DNA of 64,000 nt. It comes from Takakia lepidozioides (Eukaryota; Plantae; Bryophyta). Of the stretch, positions 25,841 through 38,200 are shown one piece after another; within the stretch, counting starts at the first letter, position 1, and each line of letters begins with the position of its first letter. The stretch spans positions 7,378,001 to 7,442,000 of the forward strand of contig CM060731.1 of assembly GCA_030704615.1 (NCBI GenBank). The letters are read 5' to 3'. Under the pieces are notes generated by a model that made no database searches, was not told the DNA's origin, and saw nothing but the letters and a program-made list of their open reading frames with translations. The translations under genes and the position numbers were made by a program.

Positions 25841-26888
25841 TGTCGCGCACCTCACTTCGGTAAGCTCCCCCTCAAGTCATAGTTACTCGCTGATGCGCGC
25901 GCCTAACTCCCAACCTGGCCGCCGGGCCAACTTGGAGCTTCGGCTGCTCACCGGGACATAACGGTCCCCCCCTGATCTCCCAAAGAACCCTCCAACGATT
26001 TAGAACCAGCGGAATTCCCTTTGGTAGTTGGCAGTCCGGAACAGCTCCCCACTCTTTGGTCGCTTTCCGGCTCGCTGCTTACTCACTAGCTTTGGTCACC
26101 AACGGGCTTGCACCATTCTTGGGGTTACTACTCCCTATATATACTTCTGTAGCTGTCCGCGGGGGTTTCACAAACAACCATGCCATTTTATGGCGAACCA
26201 CCCCGAACACCCTCGACTCCCGGTGATGAGTCGCGGTGAGTCTTGGCCCACCCACCACGGCCCCTATGGACCGTGATGAGCCCAAGACTCCCCACGACTC
26301 CCACCACAAGGTCTCCGCCCCAGGGTGAGTCCTATGTCACCCCCACTAAATCCCGCTAAGCTACCACCACCCCTTGTGGAGCCACCCCCACCGCAACCCG
26401 GTGTGCGGGGCTCCACCTAGTGAGCGCCTCCGCCTCCTTGAGTGCTTTGGGCACTCAAGGGTGCTTCAGCCCCCCATACCTATCGCTGCCACTGCCCCCA
26501 CCACAGGGGCAGCCCCTCTTGTGTCCCGACCCCCTGCCCTCAAGGCAAAGGGCCGCGACACTCGCCGTCGATCCCCTCATCCCATCGGAGCCATTCCCCC
26601 GCAACTGGGTTGATCCCCGTCACGGTGGGAGTGATCCCCCACTCCCAATCGTGCGCCACGTGTGCTCCTCGAATGTGTTGATCCCCTGCCCATCAATCTT
26701 ACCTAGAACCATTGCCATTCACAGTGACACGTCACCACGTCGCAATCCCCTCCACCGTCGATCCCTCCAATGGTTAGAGGCCTGATCCCCCGAGCCCAGG
26801 CGCGGTCCCCCGGGCCTTCGACCATGGACGGTTGATCCCCGCGCTGTCGCTCCCTCCGCCTCGGTTGATCCCCTCCTGAATACTTACA
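25841..26888 (-). repeat. 5' LTR (~1.05 kb) of the gag-only retroelement
   Basis: Minus strand begins TGTAAG (26888) and ends GCGACA (25841) next to the PBS. Internal TATATA ~26056-26142 region (at ~26136) and many GATCCCC motifs. Partner LTR not found. Confidence 0.7.
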
Positions 26889-28529
26889 ACAAGGCAGTTT
26901 TTGCTGATATGGGAGGGCCTCATGACTACTACAACACTTGGTTTTTCAGGCTTATGGCGGACAGAAGGCGACCTTTGATGGAGTGTGTTTCAATTGCGGG
27001 GAGCCCGGGCACATGGCCAAGAAGTGCACGAAGCCCCGGCAATTGAACATGACTCGGGCGACCACAGAGGCTGTCGGAAGATACCATCAGTCGCTTGGTG
27101 GAAGCGGTGGTCGCCAGGACTTGCAAGGTAGGCAAATTTTCTTGTGAGTTTGTATCAGGAAACTGGCGCCTTACGTAAAGGGAGTCAGTTTATTGTTCGT
27201 GGATGGGATAATATCCGGAACTAACGTGTCGTTGTTGTGGACACAGGAGCGTCGCACTCCTTCATGACACCGGCAACAGCACAAAAGCTTGGACTCCCGA
27301 CAAGTGACGTGGGGGCCTCAATTGAGGTGCGTTCTGCCAAAGGAGAACCGCAATTGGCGACAAGGTTGGTGTTTGATGTTGCTCTTCAACTGGGGAGTTG
27401 GGAGGGACGTGAGAACTTCACCATCTGCGAGATCGATGGAGTGGATCTCATTTTGGGGATGACCTTTTTGAGCAAATCCGGAGCGGTCATAGATGGCCGC
27501 AAGAGAGTAGTCACGCTGCCACGTGGGAATGGTGGCGAGGTCTTATGAGTGTCGAAACGCCCAAACCGTGGGAGGGCGAATAAACCTCCTGTCAACAAGG
27601 AGTGGGCTGTGGAGGAGGCACACGAGCCCCAGTTTTTGCTCTATATTAGAGAAGTGAGGGAGAAGGCGATGGGGAGCCGAGCCCAGATTGGATCAAGGGG
27701 ATTTTGGAGAAATACCAGGATGTGATGCCGGAGGATTTACCAAGCGGCTTGCCACCGTGAAGAGGAGTTGACCACAAGATTGAGGTAATACCGGGATCGG
27801 AACCGCCCTGCCAAGGCGCCCTACCGGTTGAGCCACAGAGAGTTGGTCGAGCTGAAGTCTCAGCTCAAAGATCTAATGTCAAAGGGGTACATCGGCCGAG
27901 TAAGTCACCTTACGGAGCCCCGGTGCTATTCGCAGACAAGAAGGATGGGACGCTATGCGGATGTGTGTCGATTACAGGGCTTTGAATAAGGTGACTATAA
28001 AAAAAACCGGTACCCTTGCCAAGGATCGACGACCTTTGATCGGTTGCAGGAGCCGAAGTATTTCAGCCGGATCGATCTGCGCTCCGGCTTTCATCAAATT
28101 CGAGTGGCGGAAGGAGATGAGGAGAAGACCGCGTGCAGGACAAGGTATGGTTCATATGAGTTCTTGGTGATGCTTTTTGGACTCACCAACGCTCCTGCGA
28201 CCTTTAGCACGCTGATGAACAGCCTTTTCCAGGAGTGGTTGGATGACTTTGTGATCGTGTACGTCGACGACATCTTGGTGTATTCGAAACAAAGGAGGAG
28301 TACCTGGAGCACCTCAAAAAGGGTGTTCCAGAAAATTGCGGGACAAAGGAAGCTGTATGCCAAAGACTTCACAAGTGCGAATTCGGGGATCACAAAAGTG
28401 GAGTTCCTGGGGCATGTGATTACACAGGATGGGATCAGAATGGATGATAGGAAGGTGAGGGCAATCTTGGACTGGGAGCCTCCGACTTCGGTCCCGGGAG
28501 TGCGATCATTCCTAGGACCTGCCTCCTAC
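26889..28529 (+). pseudogene. pol: Ty3/gypsy element 'G1', 5' half: gag zinc knuckle, protease, reverse transcriptase; cut by the MULE insertion
   Basis: CFNCGEPGHMAKKC; DTGASHSF..DLILG protease; RMCVDYRALNK, DLRSGFHQIR, FGLTNAPATF, YVDDIL. Ends at 'FLGPASY' exactly at the MULE terminus. Confidence 0.93.
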
Positions 28530-28635
28530 GAGGTTTACTATTTCATGAGCAGAAACCATGAGCCATGAGCCATGAGCCGCATGAGCCGCATGAGCGGTGA
28601 GCCGAAGTCTAAGATACGCGGATTTCATGAGCGGA
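28530..28635 (+). repeat. Left TIR and subterminal CATGAGC heptamer array
   Basis: 'catgagccatgagccatgagccgcatgagccgcatgagc'. The same array follows the right-end TIR at 44475, 48922 and 53364. Confidence 0.9.
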
Positions 28636-29376
28636 CTCCTCCAAATTTGGAAATGCGGCAGATTAAACAAGTATTAAAATAATAGTTTTTTATTTGACCT
28701 TGCCGTTTTTGGACGTTCCAGATCATGTAATGCGGCGAAGATATGTCGTCAGTAACAAGTCCGCTCATGGTTTTTAGATCCGCTCATGGAAATAAGTGAC
28801 CGTGCAACGGGAAATCCAGTATACCACTGCAAAAGGACGTCGCATACTGGCCTGTATAGAGTATTCCGCGGTTTTACATGCCTTAACATTGGAATGAAGC
28901 TGACCCTTTTGCCGCGATTGAACCAATGGAGTCTGCACCAATACAGTCTGCAGTACTTCACAATTCTGTCTTCTTCGGGTATTCGGCGGGAAAGGTTTGC
29001 AACTGAACTGGGAAATAGGGTGCCGCATTAGGGTTCGCACGTGCGAAATTTCGGAGCGGTTTGGTGTTGGCGAAGGCCGCCTCTGGGTACCTACGACGAT
29101 ACTTGGAAATGCGGCGCCGCATTTCCTTGTCGGAGGTCGAATGAGGAAAGCAAGTTTTCGGAAAGCAGAAAAACATGAACCCTCCAACATACAAAAATAC
29201 ATGCACGTGGAAACAAGTGAACGATATAGTAATATCTTAGTTCGAGCAAAACAGGTTACTGGTAGGCAAGACATATGTCGGACCTTTCTGTGGCCAGAGT
29301 CTGAGGTACTGGCAGCAGTACAGTTCTACTATCCGAAAAGGATGGGCGTACCATTGTATGGGACCGCAAGCCAAGC

Positions 29377-32300
29377 TCACTGGTCCCCTGGATCCATATT
29401 CAGAAGAGTGTGAACCTCCTGGGGGCTCAACCCTGGTGCATGTATGAAGTGATGAGTTGTGGAATTACAACGGAGTCTCTTTAGGTACACGTAGTACAAA
29501 TGCTTGCAAGGGCAGTATGATGCCCCCTTGTTCGCCATGATCTGGAAGTCGGTGCAATTGCAGGTGGGTAATTCTGAAATGGTGATGGTGTACACCTCAT
29601 TGCGAACAGCTGAGCCCGCCGTGGCCATCTGATACACACGCCCGAATCCTGGTGGGGGCACTTCTGTCGAGCTCTGGATTGTACAGTTCATCCGAAGTGC
29701 ATTCCCCATCCTTGTCTCGTTCACTTTTGAGGGAGGTCGCCGCCTCTTCGGTTTCCCCCAACGGTGTGTAGGATGCTTAGAGCTGTCGTGTCCCATTGTT
29801 CTTGCTCTCACAGGGGTCGGTGGTGGAGGCTGTGGAAGCGGAAATGGTTCTCTGGGGACGTCAGTGCGCTGCACCATCCGAAATCCTGCGGCGGTAAGGG
29901 CGTCGGCCTCAACCTGACTCAGATCGCAGCCTGGTTCCACCGGCCACACCGGGGGAGCCTCTGGCATTGTTTGTATGCCGTACTTGGGCTTTCCATACAC
30001 GCAAGTCATAATGTCGTGCCTGCAGAACCAGAACTGGGTGGTTGTCGCCTCCGCAAACTTTGCATGGACAAATCTTCCTGTAAAAGTAGGAGCAGGGACA
30101 GCCCCATCTGGATTCCTCCTTATCATCTCTAAACAACGTTGCCGTGTATCCACACGAATTGCGGAACACCTTCCTCGAAACGACGGCTTTGTGCGAGCAA
30201 TTCTCCACTGTGAGGCAGACACAGTCGTCTCCACAATGGCTTGGCCATACTGCATAACAGCGGGCGGAATGTGGGGCAAGGGAGCGGTGGGAATTTTTTG
30301 CACGAAATCCCCGGTTGAAGGCGACGGCGATCTGGAATTTCTTGGGCTTCCACTGCTGGAAGACACATTGTGCGGCAACATGACGGGACCTCGAGGTGCT
30401 GTCCGAATGTTCCTGTCGGATCTCCAGGAATCCTCTTCGCACCCGGGTTCCTCTTCAATCCTCCGCCTGACAGGGCGAGTCCGGACGTCCCCCTCTAGGT
30501 GTTCACCTCTGCGGTGCAGAGGCGTCCCTTTGATCTTCTCTCGCAATGCTGTCGCCCATTTCACTGGATTCTTGGACCTCGAAGCTGTTCGTACCAACAA
30601 TTCCCTGTCCGGCCCAAAGCCCCATTGTTTGCCGCTCAGGAACTTGTAGTACGTGGCTTGCTGCATGATTGCTCTGTCGATGTCCTCCGTTGTGGCCGTC
30701 ACTACGTCCACCAGATGTGCGGCAGAAGACGCTCGCCAGGAGGAGTGGACCGATTCTGCCATATTCGTGTTCGGCATGTCCGTGTCGGAATCCAAGCACC
30801 GCTCCTAGAAGGACACAAACAATGGTGAGGGACCAATCGAAATGTCCGTAACAGAAAGACAAATGAACGAAATTGACAGCAGCCTACCTCCCGCATGTAC
30901 TGTCCGAACTGTCGATACCGAAAATGCCACCACCCCAACCAGCTGTGCAATGCTCCCAGATTGGTTGTCTCCACTGCACCTGACGTGTTCCACCAAGCCT
31001 CGATGATAGCAAACTTAACCTCCGCGTCATCAAATGTGGGTGCATCCTTCCACGCCGTACAAAGGACACGGTGTTCAGCCTGGAATGAGCTAGCAACAAA
31101 TTTGGTAGTGTAGTGGGATAGACTCTGCATCCAATGGAATCCACAGGATCTCTCTTTCCCCTCCATTGGAACATTGGGGTCCTCACCGTACACACGCCGC
31201 ACCGCTGCCCAGTTGGCCTGAGCGTTGTCTGCCATGAATCCCCTGAAATTGGGCTCTGGCAATCCCGCCCTTGCCATCTGCTGTTTATGCCCTCCCACAG
31301 ATGCATCTCGGACTGTGTGTCCTCCCCTTTCATCTCGCAGATTGCAATCGTCATGAGCCTCTTGGAGTGATAGTCATAAAACATGCGCACCCATAGTCAC
31401 CCACTGATGGTTTGTAATTCGCTTGATGTGATCAAACATCACCCAAGCATTCGACAAGTTTCCAGTTGTCATGCGAGTGACCAAGTCGACTCCACTCCCA
31501 GGCCCACACGTCGACATTTTGAAAATGTAACAACGATCGGATTCGCTGCCTTGCCCTGGAAACCTGCTACCTTGGATGTAGTCATATCCAGTCATTCGTT
31601 TCACCTCCAGGATTGAGTACATGTCCGACCCCCTGCCGAACTCCTGCTTGCAAGATACGATGTGATTCCGCACATTCGGACTACAAACGTGCGAGACGGA
31701 CTCCAAGAGGTCACGCATCTCGTCTTCGGTCAAGGGCTCTCGGTCGGAACCATCTTCAGACATGATTTTGCCAAGAGCAATCTTGTGGGCTGCCTTCAGC
31801 TGAATCTGCTTTGGTCTGGCTCCGGGGCTCAATTTCACCTCCTCTTTTATGATGTCGTGTGCTTCCTGCACAGCCTCACGCATGTTGCCTCTCGCCAAGG
31901 GGTGGCAGTGGACCCCAACGTGTATGCAAGCTCTAGTCAAGTCCGGGAGCAAATGGATTACGTAATATTGCTTGGCTCTGCACATGGACATGCACGTCGG
32001 TGGTTCTTTGCAATGTGCACACTTGAAAGAACCCGCAGGAGCTTGGCTGGAGACAATGAATGGATGATGCGTTGTGCCAGTCCAATCCGTCTCGTTTCTC
32101 CGCCCTCCTTTGGAGAGAAAGTGGAAGCAGGTGGGATTGAGGCACCTCAGCCCCGCACAGAGGACATATCGTACACGAACACCATCAGCAATTTTCGTGC
32201 TACTGGTCTTCGTCACACACCAGGGGTGTCCGTCATGCTTTCGATCCATGTCTGTTAACATCCCGGAGGCTTTGTTTGACGAAGAAACAGGTGGAAACTC

Positions 32301-32970
32301 GAAGATGACATTGCCATCGACTTCGGGAGGCAGAAAGTTACCTTTCTGACTGGGAATTTGGCATAGTCGAGAGCAGCCAGCTCGGAGCGAGAACCATCGA
32401 GGTGATGTTGTCGTAGGAGCTGCACAATGGACCGGGTTGGAGTTATGCTCGAGGGCACATGCGTAGCACCTACAGAGACGTCCATGCCGGATTTGAACGA
32501 CCGTGTGGAGGACATGGGTACCTCAATGCAATCATCTTCCTCGTCGGAAATGTCGAATACGTCCACACGAGAAGCTATGGAGGGTCTTGACGGTCCAGGT
32601 CGGGAATGATTATCGTTGCATACCTCTCTGTTGGCAGTGGCCGCCTCTCGGTTTCCGGACTCCTTTGTGGATGGTGTGGGCAGCGACTGATTCGGAAAGG
32701 GAATGGGCATTCCCACAGCTCGGTACAGGATGGTGTCTGACGGGGGAACGTGCCATTCGATTCCGCAACCTCCGTCGTTACCTAGCACGACAATGGTCTC
32801 GTCAACCTGTCCAGGAACATCCTTCCTTTCTTCTTCCAAATAAACTGTGCCCGGTTTGAGCTGAATTTGGAACAAAGGTAAGTTTCAGTCACTCTGCAAA
32901 GTCCTCCCTCGTTTGGGATCCAGGCTCTCCCAAGAGGACAGCAAACTATAGCGTAGGAATTCGGAGCCAT
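29377..32970 (-). CDS. MULE transposase: N-terminal GCM-like Zn domain, DDE core, C-terminal SWIM finger; intron ~30805-30886; several 1-bp frameshifts
   Basis: GCM-like 'DGHPW..T..CAG-LRCLNPTC..CAHC..C..HVGVHCHP'. MULE core 'VMFDHIKR', 'FMADNAQANWAAVRRV..CGFHWMQ', 'TNMAESVH'. SWIM 'CNCTDF..CPCKHLYYV'. Start position is uncertain. Confidence 0.85.
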
Positions 32971-33387
32971 CGAACACCGCACGGAGTTGGCAAGTGCGAG
33001 GTTCAGTATAGCGACAGACCAAGGCTCACAGGCACCATCTAAGTGGATCTGCGGAGTCCATCGACGATTGGAAGTCGCACATTGAAGTGGAAAGTATTGT
33101 TTCAAGCTACATGCATGAAGGTGGAGGTTGATTCCATAGCCAGTAAGTATGACAATGATGGCCGACGAAATAACATCTCCTGACAGTTTCTCCTGAGGGT
33201 GATCCAGCAGTATTCTCGGTGCAGACAGGAACGTTCGCACTGACAAGTGCCAGGACTGTTGGTTAAAACGGTCAGACAACCAAGTTGTGCTCATCAAGAC
33301 TGGCCGCAATTGTGTTGTTTCGGAACAATGCAACCATTCAGGTTCCAGATTTCCCGTCCCGAGTGATTCTTTCGATTGCTGGTGGAC

Positions 33388-34812
33388 GGAAATACGGCGC
33401 CGCATTTCCGTATTGCATCTTGGTCATGCACCAGAGCGACGGAAATGCGGCACCGAGTTTCCGTCCGGGGGAAACCTTTATACTCTCCAGAACGGAAATG
33501 CGGTAACGCATTTCCATCCAGCAAGCACGGTATGTGAAGGTGGAACGGAAATGCGGTACCGCATTTCCGTTCTGATTGAGAATTATGAACAACGGGAACA
33601 GAAATGCGGCACCGCATTTCCGTCCGAGTCGCACTTTTCGACATTCCAGAACGGAAATGCGGCGCCGCATTTCCATTTTGTATCTGATGCATGGAGCTGA
33701 GGGATAGAAATGCTGCAGCACATTTCCGTCCTTAAAAGACATTCATACTCTCCAGAACGGAAATGCGGTACCGCATTTCCATCAACAAGCACCGGAAATC
33801 GCATTTTTTGTATCTGATGCATGGAGCCGAGTGCGATTCCGACAGCTTCATACAGCGCAATTCCGACCGCTTGAGACATTCATACTATCCAGAACGGAAA
33901 TCCATTTCCGTTCTGACTGAAAATCGTGAACCATCGGAACTGAAATGCGGCAGCGCATTTCCATCCGAGTCGCACCTCCCAACATTCCAGAACGGAAATA
34001 CGTTGATATGAAATATCCTGAAACATCGGAACTGAAATGCGGTACCGCATTTCCGTCGGAGTCGCACCTTCCGACATTCCAAAACGGAAATGCCCGCATT
34101 TCCGTTTTGTATGTGAGGCATGGAGCTGTGGAACGAAAATGCGGCACGCATTTCCGCCAGCGTCAGACGTTAATACTCTACAGAACGGAAATGCGGTACC
34201 GCATTTCCGTTCTGACTGAAAATCGTGCGCAACGGGAACAGAAATGCGGCACCGCATTTCCGTCGAGTCGCACCTTCCGACATTCTAGAACGGAAATGCG
34301 GCGCCGCATTTCCGTTTTGTATATGGGGCCTGGAGCTGTGCTACGGAAATGTGTTGCCGCATTTCCATCCATGTGAGACCTTCAAACTTTCCAGACCGGA
34401 AATGCGGCACCGCATTCTGTCCAGGTGAGACCTCTATACTTTCCCGAACGGAAATGTGGCACGGCATTTCCATTCATCAACTAACGGGAACAAATGCGGT
34501 ACCGCATTTCCGTTCACAATCATGGAACTGAAATGTTGTGCCTCATTCCGTCCGAATCGCACCTTTCGACATTCCAGAACGGAAATGCGGCGCCGCATTT
34601 CCCTTTGAATCTCATACATGGAGCTGTGGGACGGAAATGCGGCACCGTATTTCCGTTCAACAACTAAGGTATGTGAAGGTGAACGGAAATGCGGTGCCGC
34701 ATTTTCTTCCAACAAGTACGGATGTGTAGCTTCGTGATGGTACTTAACGGAAATGCGGCGCCGCATTCGCATTTTCGCTCCAACTCATCAGACGCTGGGA
34801 CGGAAATGCCTT
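33388..34812. repeat. Array of roughly 25-30 copies of the 22-bp palindrome GGAAATGCGGYRCCGCATTTCC with 53-bp period
   Basis: Palindrome starts counted at 33388, 33441, 33494, 33547, 33600, 33653, 33706, 33759. Lies between the divergently oriented transposase and ParB-MTase genes. Confidence 0.97.
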
Positions 34813-35200
34813 GAAATGTGAACACGTGGAGCAACGGAATTGCTGCACATGTCGGCACTCTATCTGACTGAAGGGGCATGAGGCGGCGCGGCCTGACCGA
34901 TAATGATGTTTGTTTTTCGGACGGCAGGCGTACCCTGAACGATTCGAATTTCGTAATGACGCAAAGTCCACGAGGAGACACTTTCGTCCAACCCTTTCGA
35001 ACCCAAGTGGTGCATCACCGCCGTTTCATCTACTTTGTCGTGTCTCCTCAGTCACCCCTCTCGCGCCCTTTCCATCTGCACTCTTTGCCCCTTTTCCCTC
35101 TCTCTGTTCTTCTTATGCTCGAACTGAGAGGGGGGGAGTTCGTGCACCAGACAGGAGACCTCGTCGCAAGCTCCGGAAATTATACTTCGGACGTAGGCCA

Positions 35201-38200
35201 ATGCCGAAGGGGAGGAAGCAGATGCGTCTACAGGAGGAGATTGCCATCTCCGAGCAGCAGGCCACTCAGGCAACCCAGCCACCAGTGAGAGCTCCATGCG
35301 ATCGGGCTGCGCGCAGCTGATCGAGCACCGAACCCCCCATTTTGCTTCTGTAATTCTTAGACTGAATGCTAGGAGACTTGAATGCAGAACATGTTTGCAT
35401 GCCTAACAGGAAAGGTGGACGTGCTGGAGGGATCGCAGGAATCCGAAGAGCCGCAGGAAGAGTCCGAGGAGCTAGCTGCAGCACGTACACCCACCCGATC
35501 CCCGAGCGCGGGTATTCCTGCCGGGCCTAGCCCTGTGCGATTCAAAGACGCGTCTTCGAAGGGCAAGTTCAAAGCCCCAGAGATCGACTCGCGTTCTTCG
35601 GTCATGGAGAATCGCCAGCAGGGGTCGGGCCCTTCTCCAGCAAAGTCGAAGAAGAAGCAGCCCGTCCCTCTACTGGCTTCTGAACCGGCTCAGGCCGATT
35701 CACCCCCCCCCAACGCGAATGAAGCAGCAGGGTAGAAGATTCAATTGCAGCAGACACCTTCACCTGCAAGGATGAGGAAGCAGAAGGCAATCAGGGCGAC
35801 GGCGAACAATCTCCCGCAAAAAACCGCTTCCACGAGCTGAAGCTCAGTTCCTGGAGGATTTCCCGCCTGCAGATGTTGGGGCCGACTCTGCTGCAGCGAA
35901 GGCAATGGGATCGACCGTTGATCTCGATGGTACCGGAGGAGGGTGCTGCCGCTCAACGTTCGCAGCAAGACCTCACCACCGATGAGCAAGCAGGCCCGGA
36001 GGAGGCCTCTGCAATGGCAGAATTGCCCGCAGACAGGCCCCAGAGTGCAGCTCCAGTTGAGGATGCTCCAGCTGCTCAGCCACTACCGGCACCTACAGAC
36101 ATGTCTCCGGAGGATTTCAAAAGTGCAGCGGATAAAATGGAGGAGACACACAGTAGCATTGGCAGAGTTCTGGGCAGCAGGGTATTCCAGCGGACTCTTC
36201 GAATCCCACTCTGTCGCATGGTCTCCCTTCCCATCGTCAGGCAGGCCCTTCCGGAGATGTGGATAAGCTCAAGTTCGCATTTCGAGAAGGGTACCGTCTG
36301 GGATCGGCAGCGTTTTACGTTTCCATTGAGAATGAGGACGGCGAAACTCGTGGACCCACTGCCGATGAATTGTCAACGTGGGATACCCACTGGCACACTC
36401 GCAACACGAATTCGAGGCGACGCTGAAGGGTGATCCGACTTCGGCCATATGTCGGGTAAAATGTTCTTTGTGTGGGACGGGAATCACCGACTTCTCGCCT
36501 GGTGGGAGTACATCAAGCAGAACCATGCCAAGCACATTGGCTGGCATTACATGGTGGAGTGTGTCATCCTCAAGGTGAAGGCGGCAGACTCCTCCCTGCT
36601 CAAGAATGCCATGGCGGACCTCAACTCGTAAGATACTCATACCCTCCCTAGCACGTTCGAAATGCGGTGCCGCATTTCGGTTTCCATTCTGGTTTGTTTC
36701 CGTGCTTCCGTGTACTGAACTGGAGAGTGTGCCTTGCAGGGTCACTGAGAATGCGTACGTGCATACCCACATGGCACATATGCTGTACAGGGTGAGGAAA
36801 ACTGGTCTCACTCGATCCGCAAATGTTGCGGAAATGCTGGAGCCCGAGCTCATTCAGAAAGCCGTTGCAAAAAACGACCGGACATGGTATCGTCTCACTA
36901 TGGATGGAATGGTGGAGGTGATATACGAAGTAAGTCGTCCTCCAATTTCCTCTGCTCATCCTTCCCCATTTCAGTAATGTTTCCACATGAATCGAATGTA
37001 ACGCTTCTGCATGTTTTGTTGGCAGTCAAACATCAAGCTGGATTGGCCCATGCAAACGCTTCTCATGGAAAGTGAGGGGCAGGTTGAAAACGTTGCAGTC
37101 ATTGATTGAGCACTTGAAGGAAGCGGTGTCAAGTCCAGAACCAAAATACAAGTCAAAGCTTGTGAAGCTGGTGGCAATTGCAGATCCGGCACTTGGAAAG
37201 GACTTCATCCCCGAGATTGCAAACACTATTCTCGGGCCATGCAGCCGACATGCAATTGGAGAGAAACTGCATCCACTCTCAACGGCATGTGTGGAGGCGA
37301 AAGAGAAGGTGAGGTTTCAATGCACTGAAGTTCCTTCTAGCAATAGCCACTCTCTTCCAGCTCCTGACATTGGATCGGAAATGGCAGACACGGTGGCTGT
37401 CGATCTGGAATGCATCCGAGAGCATAAGGACAATGTGGTCTTTTCCACTGGAAGTTTCCGACCCTGCAGTGGATGTGTGGCTCAACCGTATGACTTGGTG
37501 GTTCCAGGTAATTCAAGGTACTTCCCCAGATTTGCTTTTCTGAAATGAATTCCCTGAACTGCTACGTGACAATGCATTTGGGAATCGCAGGTAATGTCGA
37601 ATGCGAAGGAGCAAGTCGTAATGCACACAAATTCGTTCGGCTTGTACGTCAAATGGGATGGAACACAGACATTGGAAGACTACGTGACACGTTTCAGATG
37701 TGCGTACAAGGACAACCTTTTCGCCAGAGAGCTACAGACAGCAAGAAGGAGCGTGGAGTTTACACATAGGAGGGAGCGGGGAAAGCTGCAATGCGAATTG
37801 TTTACAGGTGAAGCACAGCTGCCCTTGTATGCGAAGCTGGTTACGAGGTTTGTCTCGGAAATGCGGCACACCGCATTCGCATTTTATGTTTTCGGTGGCA
37901 CTCTGCGAGTAGGTTGGTCTCAACTTTTGCTCACGCATGCTGACTGCCTTGCAGGTATATGAAATACGTGCTCCTTCAGACAGGGGCCCTGGCTCAAGAG
38001 CCCCCGTTCTTCATGGCTGGACCGTGGCGGGCCCAAGCTGTGTCTACACACCCGAGATGCAGAAGAACAATGGCATCCCGCGCATCTCGTTGGATGCCGT
38101 GGTACCTGGACATGTCTGGCGGTGTATGTTGACGAGTCTGAGAAAGATCTGCACGCCTTGGCAGAAGAGAAGAGAAAGGAAAGACGTGTGTCCCTGCTGG

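Noticed and set aside
33388-34812. CRISPR array (palindromic repeat with constant-length spacers)
   Set aside because: Spacers recur in higher-order blocks, repeats are degenerate and also dispersed in introns, there are no cas genes, and the context is a eukaryotic transposon.
33285-34981. Many overlapping ORFs with EMRRRIS / KCGAAF / GNAAPHF repeats (also 40300-41180, 55690-56600, 62050-63870)
   Set aside because: These are translations of the stop-poor palindrome in all six frames, not proteins.
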